DNA of 64,000 bases from contig JASCQW010000156.1 of NCBI GenBank assembly GCA_030264375.1, positions 12,730,001 through 12,794,000 on the forward strand, written 5' to 3'. The notes under the pieces are model-generated. The model saw only the letters and a program-made list of their open reading frames with translations, did not search any database and had not been told where the DNA came from. This stretch comes from Carcharhinus longimanus. Lineage: Eukaryota. Within the stretch, counting starts at the first letter, position 1. Each line of letters opens with the position of its first letter. Shown here piece by piece: positions 1 through 13,578 of this stretch. Position numbers and translations under genes: made by a program.

Positions 1-884
1 TCAAAGGGGCATTTAAATGGTGGTGGCAATGGGAGCATCGAAATTTCCGACTCTGAGACCAGAGGCTTGGCTGCTGTGGCCCAGAACTTGCTGAAATCCA
101 GCAGACCTCCCCTGCTCACTCAGGGTTAAGAACCCCTTTACAATTTCTGATCATCTTCTTCTGCCTTTTCCATGGCTGTGGCCTCATTGCATATTCCATC
201 GTATTGAGATCTGGTGGCAACGCTGGTTTGACACTACCTCAAAAGCATCTGGTCTTAACATGATGAGGAAAAACATCTATTTTATCCTCAGCTCCTATTT
301 TATTCACTTTCAGTTTTCTTTGTTCGGATTGAATTTTCTGCATTTCCCCAAACATATCTTGACTGCCATTTTAATCAGTTGCATACCAGTTCTTATACCA
401 TGCAAGCTCTGTGCATCTGAACACAATGTATATACAGAATAATCTTTTAAATTGCTCCGTATTCTTCAAGTTCAATATTTGGAGTTCCAAAAGTAGGCCA
501 GAATGCTCCTCAGTCCTTAGTTTCTCCAATGAAACATAAACGAAAATTCCATTCCAGTTTCTGTTGTGTTTCATTGAATAAGACTAACATGCGCTTAGCT
601 GCTGGTGGCCATTATTGTACTAACTTGATTTACACCTCCCCAACAGAGAGGGCAGCAGAGAGGGCAATAAAACAAAATGCTCAGACCTTCCAATACACTG
701 CTGTCCTTGGCGGTTCTATTTAGGAAGTATCTATCAGTTAGGTTTTGTTTATGTGAAAACGGACAATGAATGAATTTGACAAGCAAAAAATCAACCCAAT
801 GTGCTTCAAAAAAAGCAAACTTAATTTAGAGAGGAGAATACTGTTTCCTTCAGAGGCAGGGCTTGAACACAAAAATTGAGGCTG

Positions 885-1245
885 ACGCTCGAGTGCGATG
901 CTGAAGGAATGTTGCACTGTCAGAGGTATAATTTTCAGATGCAACATTAAACCAAAGTCCCACATGTCTGCCCTAGTGGATATAAAGGACTACATGGCAC
1001 TATTTTGAAGAAAAGCAGAGGAGTTATCCCCAGTACCATGGCCAATATTTATCCCTAAATCAACATCACAAGAAACAGATTATCTGGTTGTTGTCACACA
1101 GCTATTTGGGGAAATCTACTGAGAGTAAATTAGTTGTTGAGTTTCTATATTACAACAGTGACTACATTTCAAAGAAGGTAACTGCAAAACACTTCGAGAT
1201 AGCCAGTGGTTGCAAAAAGCACTACATAAATGCAAGTTTTTTTTA
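885..1245 (+). mobile_element. Deu-domain SINE (SacSINE1/AmnSINE1-like)
   Basis: Matches recalled Deu-SINE consensus (gcactgtcagagg...ttaaacc...atggcactattt.gaagaa.agcag...tatttatccct...taaatgcaagt). Confidence 0.7.
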
Positions 1246-1771
1246 AGGGTAGCAAAGAGATTTAGGATTAAATAATACAGATACCATTGCTGAAAATATG
1301 GCAGTGATAGATAGATTAAATGGCCTATTTCTATAGGAACACTGGAATTTGGAGCAGAAGTAGGCATTTCAGCCTTTTGAGTCTGCTCTGCCATTCAATC
1401 AGATCATGGCTGATCTCAAAACCACCTCCTTACCAGTTCCCCATGTTCCTTTAACCCATTTTTAAAATCAGAAATCTATCTCCTTCAGCGAGTTCCACAA
1501 ATTCGTCACCCTGTGCAAGAAGTAGTTCCTCCTCATCTCAGTTTTAAATCTACCACTTCTCAACCTACACCTGTGACCTCATGTTCTAGATTGCCCCATA
1601 AAGAGAAACATCTGTGTTTTGTATATAAATAAAAGTGTAATGATAATATGGCATCTTATCAAAGATCTTGAAGCATTTTGCACAAAATATAAATTCATAG
1701 GTTAGAGTGAAAGAAACCAAATCCCTCCCATCGCTTTCTACCATATCTATTGATAGATATGGTATATATGG

Positions 1772-2118
1772 TGGCTTCGGGTCACTGTTTGTGTGGAGTC
1801 TACACATTCTCCCCGTATCTGCACGAGTGCTCTGGTTTCCTCCCACCCAAGATGTGCGGGTAGGTTGATTGGCCATGCTAAATTGACCGTTATGTCAGGG
1901 CGATTAACAAAGAACAAAGAAAATTACAGCACAGGAACAGGCCTTCAGCCCGCCAGACCTGCACTGACCATGCTGCCTGACTGAACTGAAACCCCCTAAA
2001 AGAACAAAGAAAAGTAGAATAAATATGTGGGGTTATGGGAATAGAGCCTGGGTAAGATTGTAGTTGGTGCAGACTTGATGGGCTGAATGTCCTCCTTCTG
2101 CACTGTAGGGATTCTATA
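1772..2118 (+). mobile_element. HE1-type V-SINE, 5' truncated, interrupted by an antisense CR1 3' end (~1905-2017)
   Basis: gggtcactgt.tgtgtggagt...ggccatgctaaattg core and gattctat tail; the insert is the reverse complement of the CR1 tail seen at ~62085-62172. Confidence 0.75.
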
Positions 2119-2586
2119 ATGTCAAATGTACAAATGACTTTTAATGGGAGCTATATTTACAAGTCGTGTAGAATGTTTGTCTCATCTATGCAATTGCAGT
2201 GACTTCCACTAGAGGGCATGGATCTACCAGATTCTTTCAGTGTTCTTTTCACACAATGGGTAATAGAAGTCTGAAATACTTTCCACCAAAGGCTGTGAAT
2301 ATTGGGGTCAACTGAAAATTTCAAAACTGAGGTCAATAGATCTTTGTTGATTAAGAGTTTCATGAGATATGGAGAAAAAGTGGGTAAACAGATCAGCCAC
2401 AATCTCAATGAATAATGGGCAAGTTTGAGAGGTTGTATTGTTTACTTTCATTCCCTTGATTGAATGACCTACATTGAAACTTCCTCGTCCTGCCATACCT
2501 GACAAGGGCAGCCACTATACCGTGCTTTCGTTTGCCCTTCCTCAAAGTATGAAACCTGTAATTTAGGTTGTGATTTTTTTTTACAG

Positions 2587-2756
2587 ATGGCTGCTATGGA
2601 GACCATGACCGAAAAGTTAGAGAGTTTTGGCACGCTGAAACTGGACACTATGGGTGCTCTGCAACCCCCTCCTCATCACTCCTTCAACTTCCGATCACCG
2701 CCATCCACACTGTCTGATGCCATCCTCCGCAAAGGAAAGGAACGTTACACATGCAG
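2587..2756 (+). CDS. PRDM16: PRDM16 coding exon (equivalent to human exon 11), MAAMETMTEKLESF...RKGKERYTCR
   Basis: Acceptor tttttttacag at 2586, donor AG|gttaga at 2756; 170 nt. Peptide matches recalled PRDM16 MSAIETMTEKLESF...NFRSPP...LRKGKERYTCR better than MECOM (ENMAEK, NFRAPP). Confidence 0.96.
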
Positions 2757-3221
2757 GTTAGAGACAAGCTGCAGCCACAGTTATATCCTGTGGTTAACCC
2801 CTCAACAGTAAAGAAGCAAAATCCATGATATTTATCTGCACGACAGTATTTGTCTTTGGCATATTGCTGAACATATTATATAGAATTACATACAATGTGC
2901 AACACAGAAACAGGCCATTTGGCCAATAGGTTCATGCTGGCATTTATGCTCCTCATGCACCACCATCCATATCATGTCATTATTTTCCCCATAAATATTC
3001 TCTATGTTATTTTCCTTAATTACTCCATGTGGTAATGGGTTCCACATTTTAACCACTTTCTGAGTAAATACATTTCTCCTATTTCCCACTAAGATTAAAG
3101 CAAATACTGCAGATGCTGGAATCTGACAAAGATTCATCTAGATGTGAAATGTTGGCTCTATTCTCTCCCCACAGACGCTGTCAGACTTGCTGAGATCTTC
3201 TAGCTTTTTCTGTTTTTAGAA

Positions 3222-3526
3222 TAAAATCATAGAATCCCACAGTGCAGAAGAAGGCCAGTCAGCCCATCAAGTCTGCACCGACCATAATCCCACCAAGGCC
3301 CGACCCCCATAACCTCATGCATTTACCCTAGCTAGTCCCCCGATACTAACGGGCAATTTAGCATGGTCAATCCATCTAACGTGCACATCTTTGGACTGTG
3401 GGAGGAAACTGGAGCACTACGCAGACATGGGGAGAATGTACAAACTCCATATTGACAGTGACCCAAGCCAGGAACAGTCCCTGGCATTGTAAGGCAGTAG
3501 CGCTGACCACTGCACGACTGTGCCGC
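3222..3526 (-). mobile_element. HE1-type V-SINE
   Basis: catagaatccc tail, caatttagcatgg and tttggactgtgggaggaaac core on the minus strand. Confidence 0.85.
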
Positions 3527-4133
3527 TCTTTTTCTCCTGTTTTCCTATTGGATTTATTAATGACCACCTTATATTCATGGTCCTTAGTTTTAATCTTCAC
3601 TACAAATGGAAACATTTTCTCAACTTACACCCTACCAAATCTCTTCAAAATACTAAGGAACCCAATCAGGAGTAATTAAATTGTTGTGCTCACTTTCTGC
3701 CACACTTTGGATAACATACTTTAGCACATACTTTCACTCAACTGTAAGAAACATCATGTGAAATCTGCTCTTTAGGGGATTTGCTACTAATTTTAAAGGC
3801 ATCTATAAATTGAAATAATGCTCTGTGATGTTAGTCATGAATGTAACTGTGACTTATTCCATTGTCCACTGACATGTTTCCCCTTATAGGGCAAACCGTG
3901 AGATCATTTATTTTAAACCAGTGAATATTCATATCAAAATCACAGTCAAATATATTTAATGTGAACACGTGGTTAATAATATCACAAAATGATCTCAATC
4001 AAACAGCTCTTCAAGAAAGCTGGGGTCTCTAAGATGTATTATGCATTGATGTTTCAGATCTGTACCATGGAACCTTGAGGCTTCATGTGAAATTCATTCC
4101 CCATTGTCTCCATTGATCTGCATTTATGACAAG

Positions 4134-4443
4134 TTTTTTAAAAGTTTATTTATTATTGTCACAAGTAGGTTTACATTAGCACTTCAATGCAGTTACTGTA
4201 AAGATCCCCTAGTCACCACGCTCTGGCGCCTGTTCAGGTACACTGAGGGAGAATTCAGCATGGTCAGTACAAATAACCAGCAAATTTTTTAGACTAAGGG
4301 AAGAAACTAGAGCACCTGGAGGAAACCCATGCAGACATGGCAAGAACGTGCAGATTCCACACAGACAGCGACTCAAGCCGGGAATCAAACTCGGGTCCCT
4401 GGTGCTGCAAGGCAGCAGTGCTAACCACTGTGCCACCATGCCG
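4134..4443 (-). mobile_element. HE1-type V-SINE (alternative-tail subfamily)
   Basis: tRNA-like head (rev. comp. of gcagcagtgctaaccactgtgccacc) and a tttatttattattgtcacaagtagg tail shared with 6762 and 58420. Confidence 0.85.
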
Positions 4444-5159
4444 CCTCAAGTTGCTGCTACTCACAGATCAGGTTCAAATTCTCATGTCAGGTTTTGCCCT
4501 GCCAAGGCGCTCAAATGGTCCTACTCAAAGTCACAACTGACACACTCTGTGACTGTGACAAAGGTGCACTATCCCTCCTCATTATTTTTAACATCCCTGC
4601 TACCATTGAGCACCCTCTTCTTCCACCCATTTCTCCAATGAAACTCTTCCATTTTTCAAATCAGTCGCATGAGTTGATTCTTACCTATTTACTCATAGCT
4701 GGAGCATTTCCAGCAACGGCTTATACTTCCAGCTTCAGCACCTACACCTCTGGAATTCTCCCAAATATCTGCCTCCTCCGCTTCCTCATTGACATAATGC
4801 CTCCTGTTGACATGCAGTCTGGCTCCCCTTGTACGCTGGCAACATCCAGCTCTGGCTCTTTGCCACCTCTCTTGACCCTTCCACTGCAACTGTATTAGCA
4901 AACACAGTCAGTCTTGGATCAGCCATAGATTCTTCCAGTTAAAATTGAGAACTCAAGCCTTCAGCCTTTACCATAAAATACAAGCACTCACCACCTAATC
5001 CATATCCTTCCTTTAAAAAAACCTGATGCTACTTGTAAACCTTACCGAATCAAAAAATGATAAACTTGTAATAAGGCCCTCTGCCAGGTTAAAGAAATGT
5101 CAGCACTTACCACCTTCACTCCAGTTACTGAATTCAATCATCTCAAGTAGAGCGTTTGA

Positions 5160-5369
<210 letters not shown>

Positions 5370-6761
5370 TAAGGATGCAAAAACTTGGCAGTTCAGTGCT
5401 ATTTGGATATCTTTTTGATATACTTCTTTCTCTATGGTGCATCTTGTCTCCTTAATTGACAATGAATTAGTTGTGTCCTTTTAATAACATAACAAATTAT
5501 GAAAATGTTATACCTTTATATGTTTTGTGTATAGTGTGCACATCACACTTTGTGGTGTCACACTTTTAGAAAGATTTGTGCCAGAGTGAGAAAGAGAGCC
5601 AGCTATTATATGCTGAGTTTTTCAGAACTGCAGCCAGAAATTTAAAATTAACTAAAATTGCCATCAGCTTTGGCATGCAGCTACAGTTCCCTGTATTTAC
5701 CTCACCTCTTTCGACTACTTCCCTAAGAGTAAACATTTGAGCAATACATTTAAAGGCACAGTTGTGAGTTAAGTACTGTTTTGGGTTAATAGCTAAACAT
5801 GGCAATCGCAGCATCCCATGGAAGATAGGCTTAAAATATGGAAGTGAGCTCCTCCTGATGATTGCAAATACGTTTCCCACTGTGAAAATGAGCCATTTGG
5901 ATGAAGAATTTTCCAAGTGTGGCCCCTGGACAGTGATGAGTCTTGCAAGTCTCAGCTTTAGAAAGTGGTCTGATGTAACAATTAGTCTCAATGCTACTGG
6001 GTTATGGAGAAGTGGAATACAGGGTTCCAATTCTGAGATGTTAACCCATGAACTTTCTTTTGGAAAATACACATGAGCAGGCATTGAGTAAGAATAGGAT
6101 GGTGCATCAATAGCAATGGGGCTGAGAGCAGCTTCAGGAAACAGTCATTTGCAGAATGCAACAATGATACATTTCTTACATGTTTAGATATGTTGACATT
6201 AAAACAATTGTGAAGGGCCTAATACAATTGAATGTCTTTCAAAAGCAGTGCGACATGTTCAGTATCCATAATAAAAACGTGAATTTCTACAGCATCTTTC
6301 ACAATGGTTAAGCATCTCAAATTGTTTCACAGCCAATGAGGCACATTTTGAAATATAGTCACTGCCATAATGTAGGAAANNNNNNNNNNNNNNNNNNNNN
6401 NNNNNNNNNNNNNNNNNNNNNNNNNNNNNNNNNNNNNNNNNNNNNNNNNNNNNNNNNNNNNNNNNNNNNNNNNNNNNNNNNNNNNNNNNNNNNNNNNNNN
6501 NNNNNNNNNNNNNNNNNNNNNNNNNNNNNNNNNNNNNNNNNNNNNNNNNNNNNNNNNNNNNNNNNNNNNNNNNNNNNNNNNNNNNNNNNNNNNNNNNNNN
6601 NNNNNNNNNNNNNNNNNNNNNNNNNNNNNNNNNNNNNNNNNNNNNNNNNNNNNNNNNNNNNNNNNNNNNNNNNNNNNNNNNNNNNNNNNNNNNNNNNNNN
6701 NNNNNNNNNNNNNNNNNNNNNNNNNNNNNNNNNNNNNNNNNNNNNNNNNNATAAACCCGTG

Positions 6762-7030
6762 TTTATTTCATTTATTAGTCACAAGTAGGTTTACATTAAC
6801 ATTGCAATGAAGTTACTGTGAAAATCTTAGTTGCCACACTTTGGCACCTGTTCGGGTACACTGAAGGAGAATTCAGTATGGCCAGTTCACCTAACCTGTA
6901 CATCTTTGGACTGTGGGAGGAAGCCGTAGCACCCGGGGGAAATCCACACAGACACAGGGAGAACGTGCAGTCTCCACACAGAATCGAACTCAAATGCTAT
7001 GAGGCAGCAGTGCTATCCACTGTGCCACTG
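6762..7030 (-). mobile_element. HE1-type V-SINE (alternative-tail subfamily)
   Basis: Same head, core and tail as 4134-4443. Confidence 0.8.
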
Positions 7031-9694
7031 TACTGGTGTCATTTGGAGTACTTTTTGTCTGATAAAAGGTGCTGAGAGCCCCCACCCCCTTTAAGGATAC
7101 TAAAGACCAAACCTTGAAAAGAAAAAATTGTGTAACAAAAGCAAAGAGTTTTTTTCTCTCTAGGGTCTGATTAAGACCTGAGGGTATAACTACATTAACC
7201 TTTACCATGCTGGCCATGGCACTCATGCTAACCAGATGTCACTTTGTTTATTTCCCAGGGTACAGGGGAATGTGCTCACAGCAGTTTAAGGAGCCAATGG
7301 GGACAAGCAAATCAGGCAAAGCTCACACTTGCCTTTCATTTAAACTAATGCAAAGAGCTCTCATTTATTTGATTCTAAAATCAAATTAGAACTCAATGCA
7401 ATTTAAATCTTCCCAGCCAGAAGTATCAAAAATGTGGACATGCCTTCACTGTGTACCCTTAAATGGAAAAATGAGAGTCCAGTTTATTCTCTCCTCTTTA
7501 TTGGAGCACTCTCTGTCTGGGGAGTAGTGATGGGGGCGGGAGGAGGGGAGAAGGAGGAGTGGCAGGGTGAAGGTGGGCAGACAAATGGAATTGCACTGAG
7601 CAAGAAGGTAACTTGGGTGGTGCAGATTATTTCAATCCGATGTCTGGCTGGGCCATCCCAATTACGAGAAGCTCACTGACTAACTTGGAAATTGTTGGGT
7701 TAAGGAATAACTGGAGCTGGTAGCACCTTTATCCTTCCCCTCACTCCGTTCACCCTCTCACATCATCTCACTCCCACCTCCAAAATAGGAAAAAAGGGTT
7801 CATAACATTGTATAATCAGGTTCCTTCCCCTACGCTCCCCCCCCATCTCCAATTAACTGTGCCAGTCAGGAGGAATGCATGAGGGCAAGTGTAACAGACA
7901 TTTTCTCCCATTCCTAATCTACTAGATCTGTCCTCAGAAGCTGCAACTAGCAGATGAAGGAATTTTAAAAATGCACAGAAATAAGATTGATTCTGTTTAA
8001 ATCTCTGCTGATTGTAGACATCACTTTCTTGCTCCCTGTTTGCCGTCTGTGTTACAGATTGAAAATCCCCGAAGGATGATGTTTTAACTTTGTCAGCTTT
8101 TTTTTTGTTCTCTCTCTCTTTCTCGATGATTAGGTAATTTAGAAACCATTTACCCTAACAAATGACTGCGATCATTTTCCCTGCAACTTTTCAAGTTGAC
8201 TTGGAGGTAAATATGCAGCACATTGGATAGCAAACCGGGGCTTTGTTTTAAACCCTTCACGGTTCACAGTGCAGAGCACTTCACTCACACAGTGATTATC
8301 AGATTGTGCAAGGAGATTGTCTGATGAACAGTGACCGCTTGAAAACCTCAGTTTAAGAGCAAATGATCCGGGCACTGCACTGATGACCAGCCGGTTCAGA
8401 TGAAGTAACTTTCAGTCCCTGGTGCACTAAACAAAACACTCGGCTTTCTCGCCATCTGACAATTGCCTTTGACCCATGCTGCACCAAGGTCTTAAATTAG
8501 CATTAGGCATTTTTAGGCTGAACATAAAAGGATTCATCTGATTAAAACTTTTGATGCCCAGCAATTTTCCCAGCACAATTAGCCGCGCAAAGTGGAACTC
8601 TGCTGTTTGTACAGCAAGGTAAAATTGTGGTATATCAATTCTATCAATAAACCCCTGGGAACAGCTCGTAGACTGCTGCTGTGTGCTCTATTCGCCATGT
8701 ATTAACTCTTCAGAGTCCTTTTCTTGTTTCCTTTTGCTCCAATTCTCCTCACACCTTGTCGGTTGGTTGGTTGCTGGGTGGAAAAGGAAAGCGAGAGTTC
8801 CGAAGGCTGCAGCTCCAGTATTTTACCACAATTGCCAGTCTCAGAATCTAAGCCCAGACAATAAGCATCAGTTGGCTGTTTGTATTTGGGAGCATCGTAG
8901 TAGATCCCAACAACATCATCCATATTCCTGAAGCAATGGCTAATAAGTTATTGGAAATGGGATTCTTGGCTTTTTTTTCTCCCTCCCACACCCACCTCTC
9001 TGGCTTTCAGTTGATGTCACTTTTCCTCTAAGTCAAAGGTTTTAAGTTCAAACACCAAGCCAGAGGCCAGTGGACCTTAGCATGCCCCCCCATACTCCCC
9101 CAGCCCGCTACAATTCCCATGGCAGGCAGGATGGGAGAATTCTGACGCAAGAGTTGCAGCTACATAATATAGCCGTCTGATTTGATTTATTATTGTCACA
9201 TGTATCAGTGTACAGTGAAAAGTATTGTTTCTTGCGTGTTATACAGACAAAGCATACTGTTCATAGAGAAAGAAATAAGAGAGTGCAGAATGTAGTGTTA
9301 CAGTCATAGTTAGGGTGTAGAGAAAGATCAGCTTAGTGCGAGGTAGGTCCATTCAAAAGTCTGATGGCAGCAGGGAAGAAGCTGTTCTTGACTCAGCTTC
9401 TGTAAGTGGCCTCAGACTTTAGTATCTTTTTCCCAATGGAAGAAGGTGGAAGAGAGTATTCCAGGCTGCGTAGTATGATCAGTACAGAGAGATTGCTGCA
9501 TTGTAGGATCAGACATTTGTCTGATCCCTTGAGTTAACTGAAAGTTAATCAAAATTATTTGATTTTTTAATTCTTAAATCCATAATTTGCATGTTATTTA
9601 CATTGCTTAATCTAAATTATTGGCTAATTCAGTCTTTTAGCACTTTAAAAAACATGCAAATGATTGGGTATGGACCCTCTATCCTGACCAACTG

Positions 9695-10440
9695 CACCAA
9701 CAATTTACATTTATGTAGCACCTGTTACTTAACTAGGTGTCCCATGGCACAGGAGCACTTAAAGCAAAATTTGACACTGAAATAACATTAGGATATATGA
9801 TCAAAAGCTTGGTCAAAGATGTTGACTTTAAGGATCATCTTAAAGATTAAAGAGAGATTAAGCTGTAACGGGGTGGAGAGGTTTCGGAGGAGAATTGCAG
9901 AGCTTGCGACCAGGCAACTGAAGACAGAGCCACCATCGGCGGAACAATTAAAATTGCAAATACTCAAGAGGTCAACATTAGAGGAACACAGATATCTCTG
10001 AGGACTGTGAAGCTGAGGGAGATACCAAAATAGAGAGGGATGAGACCATGGAGAATTTACAAATAAGCTTGATAATCTTAAAATTGGGGTGTTGTTTAAC
10101 AGGGACCCAGTGGAGGCCTGTAAGCACAGGGCTGATGGGTCACAAGTAAGGACATGGGCAACAGAGTTTTGGATGAGTTTACAGAGGAAAGAATGTGGGA
10201 GGCCAACCAGAAGCATGATGGAATGCTCAAGGACATAAGTAGCAAAAGCAATAGATGAGGGTTCCAGTAGCAGGTACACTGAGGCAGGAGCAGAGTTGGG
10301 AAACCTTACAAAGGTTCAAATAAGCAGTCTCAATGATAGCACAAACATGTGGTCAGAGTTCATCTCAGGTCAAGTATGACATCAAGATTGGAAGTAGTCT
10401 GATTCAACCGCAGACAGTTGCCAAGGGAAGAGATGGAGTT
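9695..10440 (-). mobile_element. Degenerate L2-type LINE 3' fragment
   Basis: Minus-strand peptide remnants (LLVGLP..LCKL.QNSVAHVLT, LKVNIFDQAF) typical of the L2 ORF2 C-terminus. Confidence 0.65.
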
Positions 10441-11179
10441 GGTCTTGGGGCAAAAGACATTCTTCACTCAACCAGCAATATAAACCAATTAAGATTATTT
10501 CCTGACTCACCTACTGGCTTCTTTGTTTTAAATCCGAGGTGACAAGTTGGTTACATAAAATTTAGAATACAGAAAAAGACCATTCTGCCCAACTCGTCTA
10601 TACTGGTGTTCATTCTTCACTCAGACCTTCTTTCACACCATCTCATTTTAAGATGAAATCCCGTTCCCTTCCCTACTCCATATCCATCTTCCCCTTAGAT
10701 GCAACTATCCAATCCCCTCAAGTTTTCCACATGAAGGCAAGTTGCACATTCTCACCACTTTTTCGGTTAGTTTCTGCTTAAATCTTTATTGGGTTTATTT
10801 ATGCCTTTCTTACATTTATCACCTAGAGTTCTGGACTCCCCACAAATGGAAGTATCTTTTCTACGTTTGCCTGATGAAGCACCTTGATAATCTTAAAAAT
10901 CTTTTAGATCATACCGTAAGTCTTAGCTATTCTAGCAAAATTCAGACCATCGCACAGTTGTTGTATCGGACAATGTTTAAATGCATTGGTCTATGTATCA
11001 TTTCTCTAAGGCCTAATGTTTCCAGTATTCTAAATAAACCAGCTGGCTGCATTTAATAGGTCATTGACTGGCCTCCAAGTTTCAGGAGATTTCATTGCAA
11101 TTCTTGATTGACCTTTGGTGATAACTTGATTGACCTTTGGTGATAACTTTTTCACAGCCAATTATTTTTGTCCTTCCAG

Positions 11180-11349
11180 GTGTAAATACTGTGACAGGTC
11201 GTTCAGCATCTCCTCAAACTTACAAAGGCATGTCCGCAACATCCATAACAAAGAGAAGCCATTCAAATGTCACTTGTGCAACCGCTGTTTTGGGCAGCAA
11301 ACCAACCTCGACCGCCACCTCAAGAAACATGAGAATGAGAGTATTCCAG
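11180..11349 (+). CDS. PRDM16: PRDM16 exon (eq. exon 13), two C2H2 fingers [22 protein letters not shown] / [21 protein letters not shown]
   Basis: tccttccag acceptor, G|gtatat donor, 170 nt; CHLCNRC is the PRDM16-type residue (MECOM has CHLCDRC). Confidence 0.97.
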
Positions 11350-11404
11350 GTATATCAGGATCACTCCTTACTGGTTAACAGAAATTGTACTTGATGGGAA
11401 TCTT

Positions 11405-11655
11405 CTGGGTATGATGATTAGATTGTTGGATTAGTAATCCGGAAAACATGAGTTCAAATTCCACCGAAATAGTCTGAGAAATTGAATTCATTGAAAAAGG
11501 TTAAGAAAAATAATCTGGTGGTCAACAGAAGCTGTCACATTGTTGTAAAAACCCAACTGGTTCACTAATGTCCCCCAGAAAAGGACACCCACCATTCTTA
11601 TTCCGTCTGGCCTGGTCCTAATTAGCCTCCAGTCCCAGACTGACATGTTTAACTG
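11405..11655 (+). mobile_element. Degenerate tRNA-derived SINE (same family as ~25955-26280 and 34707-35060)
   Basis: Shared motifs tagtaatcc.ga, gttcaaat.ccac, ctggttcactaatgtcc. Confidence 0.55.
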
Positions 11656-11661
11656 TGATGA

Positions 11662-12530
11662 AAGCAAAATACTGCAGATGCTGGAAATTTGAAACAAAAA
11701 CCAAAAATACTGCAAAAACTCAGCTGGTCAGGCAGGACCTGTGAAGAGCAGAGACAGGAAGAGGGGATGTTGAGCCTCAGGGAGGGGTAGGATGAGCCTT
11801 GTGGGCTGGTGGGGCCTCGCAGGCGGGAAGCCGAGGACTGGCGGGGGAGAACTGGGGTGGTTGGGCCTCAGGTTCAGGGGTCATCTGATCTGACCTGGTG
11901 GAGGGGTGGGGAGGGCTGTCTTATTGGGCCTTACATAGAATAGGGGAGTGAGTCAGACCTGGCAAGGCGGGGAAAGAATTCTTGTGGCAGTTGGGAGAAC
12001 TCTGTTGTATAGGGTTTTCAGGGGGGCTAGGGGAAACCCATGTAGATTGACAGATGGGGAATCCCATCAGGGTGCTGTGGGGAGTCCCGTTTGGGTCCAT
12101 GCATTGTGGGAGAAATTCTGTGGGTGGTTATTGTGGGTCTGTGCAATAGTTACCCAGAAGTTAAAAAAGATTTTTAGTTTCTTTGACTTTTTCTGGCTAA
12201 CTGTTGGTGTAATCCAGTCTGCAGCATCCAAAGTTTGTGATTTAAGTCCCACTCTTCTCAGATGGTTCCCAGTGTAGGGCCTTTGCCCAGGAGATGTTTG
12301 CATTTAGGGGCAAATGCTGTGCAAACCTCCCATGTCAACAACCAAAGAGGGTTCCTTAGCGCATCTTAGGAATATGATGCTGAGGAGTTTGGCAGTTATG
12401 GCTCAGTGTTTCAGATGTGTGACCACCAGATATGACGATGAAAGGTCACAGACCTGAAACATTAACTCTGTTTTTCTGTCCACAGATGCTGCCTGCCTTG
12501 CTAAGTATTTCCAGCATTTTCTGTTTTTAT
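11662..12530. mobile_element. Inverted pair of Penelope-like terminal repeats (family 2) flanking a GC-rich insert
   Basis: Left arm aaagcaaaatactgcagatgctgg...ctcagc.ggtcaggcag is the reverse complement of the right-arm family sequence gatgaaaggtcacagacctgaaacattaactctg...ctgcctg.cttgct.agtatttccagc, which has a decayed hammerhead core. Confidence 0.6.
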
Positions 12531-13007
12531 AGCACTTCCAACTAGTTCCATACAGTTGTGAAGCCTTAAGCATGTGTCAACATCCTCAATGCTGTGTGCT
12601 CCCATGAGAAAGGCCAAAAACAAAACCAAAGCCAATTAGGAGGGAAAATCTGGAAAAATTCCTCTCCAATTCCTCTCTAGTTGATTGAATCTAGTCTAGG
12701 AGTTCACACGCCATATCATATTGTTTGGAACCTATTTGATGTATGCTTCAGTTCCCATTGCAGATAAAATTCTGTTGAAGATGTATAGCAAGCAACGCTC
12801 ACCATTGATTCTTTGTATTGAGTTTCATTGCCATATTCCCGGTCTGATGCGGATTAGCACAAGTGCAAGAGTCTTACCAAACAAAAATCTGCATAGGTTC
12901 ATTATTTCAAAATGAAGGGCCAAAAGTAGTTAGAGAATTACAATGATTTGCACAAAATAATTCCAATTTCCTGTCGACGACCATCTGATTTCTTCCTTCT
13001 TTTCCAG

Positions 13008-13182
13008 TGAGCCAACATTCTGGAGTTTCATCCAATCACCTGGGCACCAGCGCATCGTCCCCAAACTCTGAGCTAGACAACACTGCACTTTTGGAGGAAA
13101 AGGAAGAGTCGTACTTTTCTGAAATCAGGAATTTTATTGGAAACAATGACCTCAGCCAGGCTTCCAGTTCAGCTGACAAAAG
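13008..13182 (+). CDS. PRDM16: PRDM16 exon (eq. exon 14), [59 protein letters not shown]
   Basis: Absent from the ORF track; translated by hand. Polypyrimidine tract plus ccag acceptor, AG|gtgaca donor, 175 nt, phase 1-2; matches recalled human [10 protein letters not shown]...[14 protein letters not shown]. Confidence 0.95.
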
Positions 13183-13309
13183 GTGACAATGCTTTTCTCT
13201 GAAATAGGCCTGATAGAGTGTGAGACCAGGGAGGTGGGGTTCAGGGTCGGGGTCAGGCCTTAGGGCCTCCCGGAGTATTTGAGGAAAGCAGAGGCAATTC
13301 TTAAAAATT

Positions 13310-13578
13310 ATGTTGAAGGTTCATGCTGGGAGATATAGGAAGGATGTCTGAGGTAGGTTCTTTACTCAGAGAGTGGTTGGGGTGTGGAATGGACTGCCTG
13401 CTATGATAGTGGAGTTGGACACTTTAGAAACTTTCAAGTGGTTATTGGATAGGCACATGGAGCACACCAGAATGATAGGGAGTGGGATAGCTTGATCTTG
13501 GGTTCGGACATAACTCGGCACAACATCGAGGGCCAAAGCACCTGTACTGTGTTGTACTGTTCTATGTTCTATGTTCTA
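13310..13578 (+). mobile_element. CR1/HER1 LINE 3' end
   Basis: FFTQRVVGVWNGLP motif (ttctttactcagagagtggtt) and (gttctat)n tail. Confidence 0.8.

Noticed and set aside
5566-6084. 172-aa minus-strand ORF in an intron
   Set aside because: No recognisable motif or splice context; length is compatible with chance.
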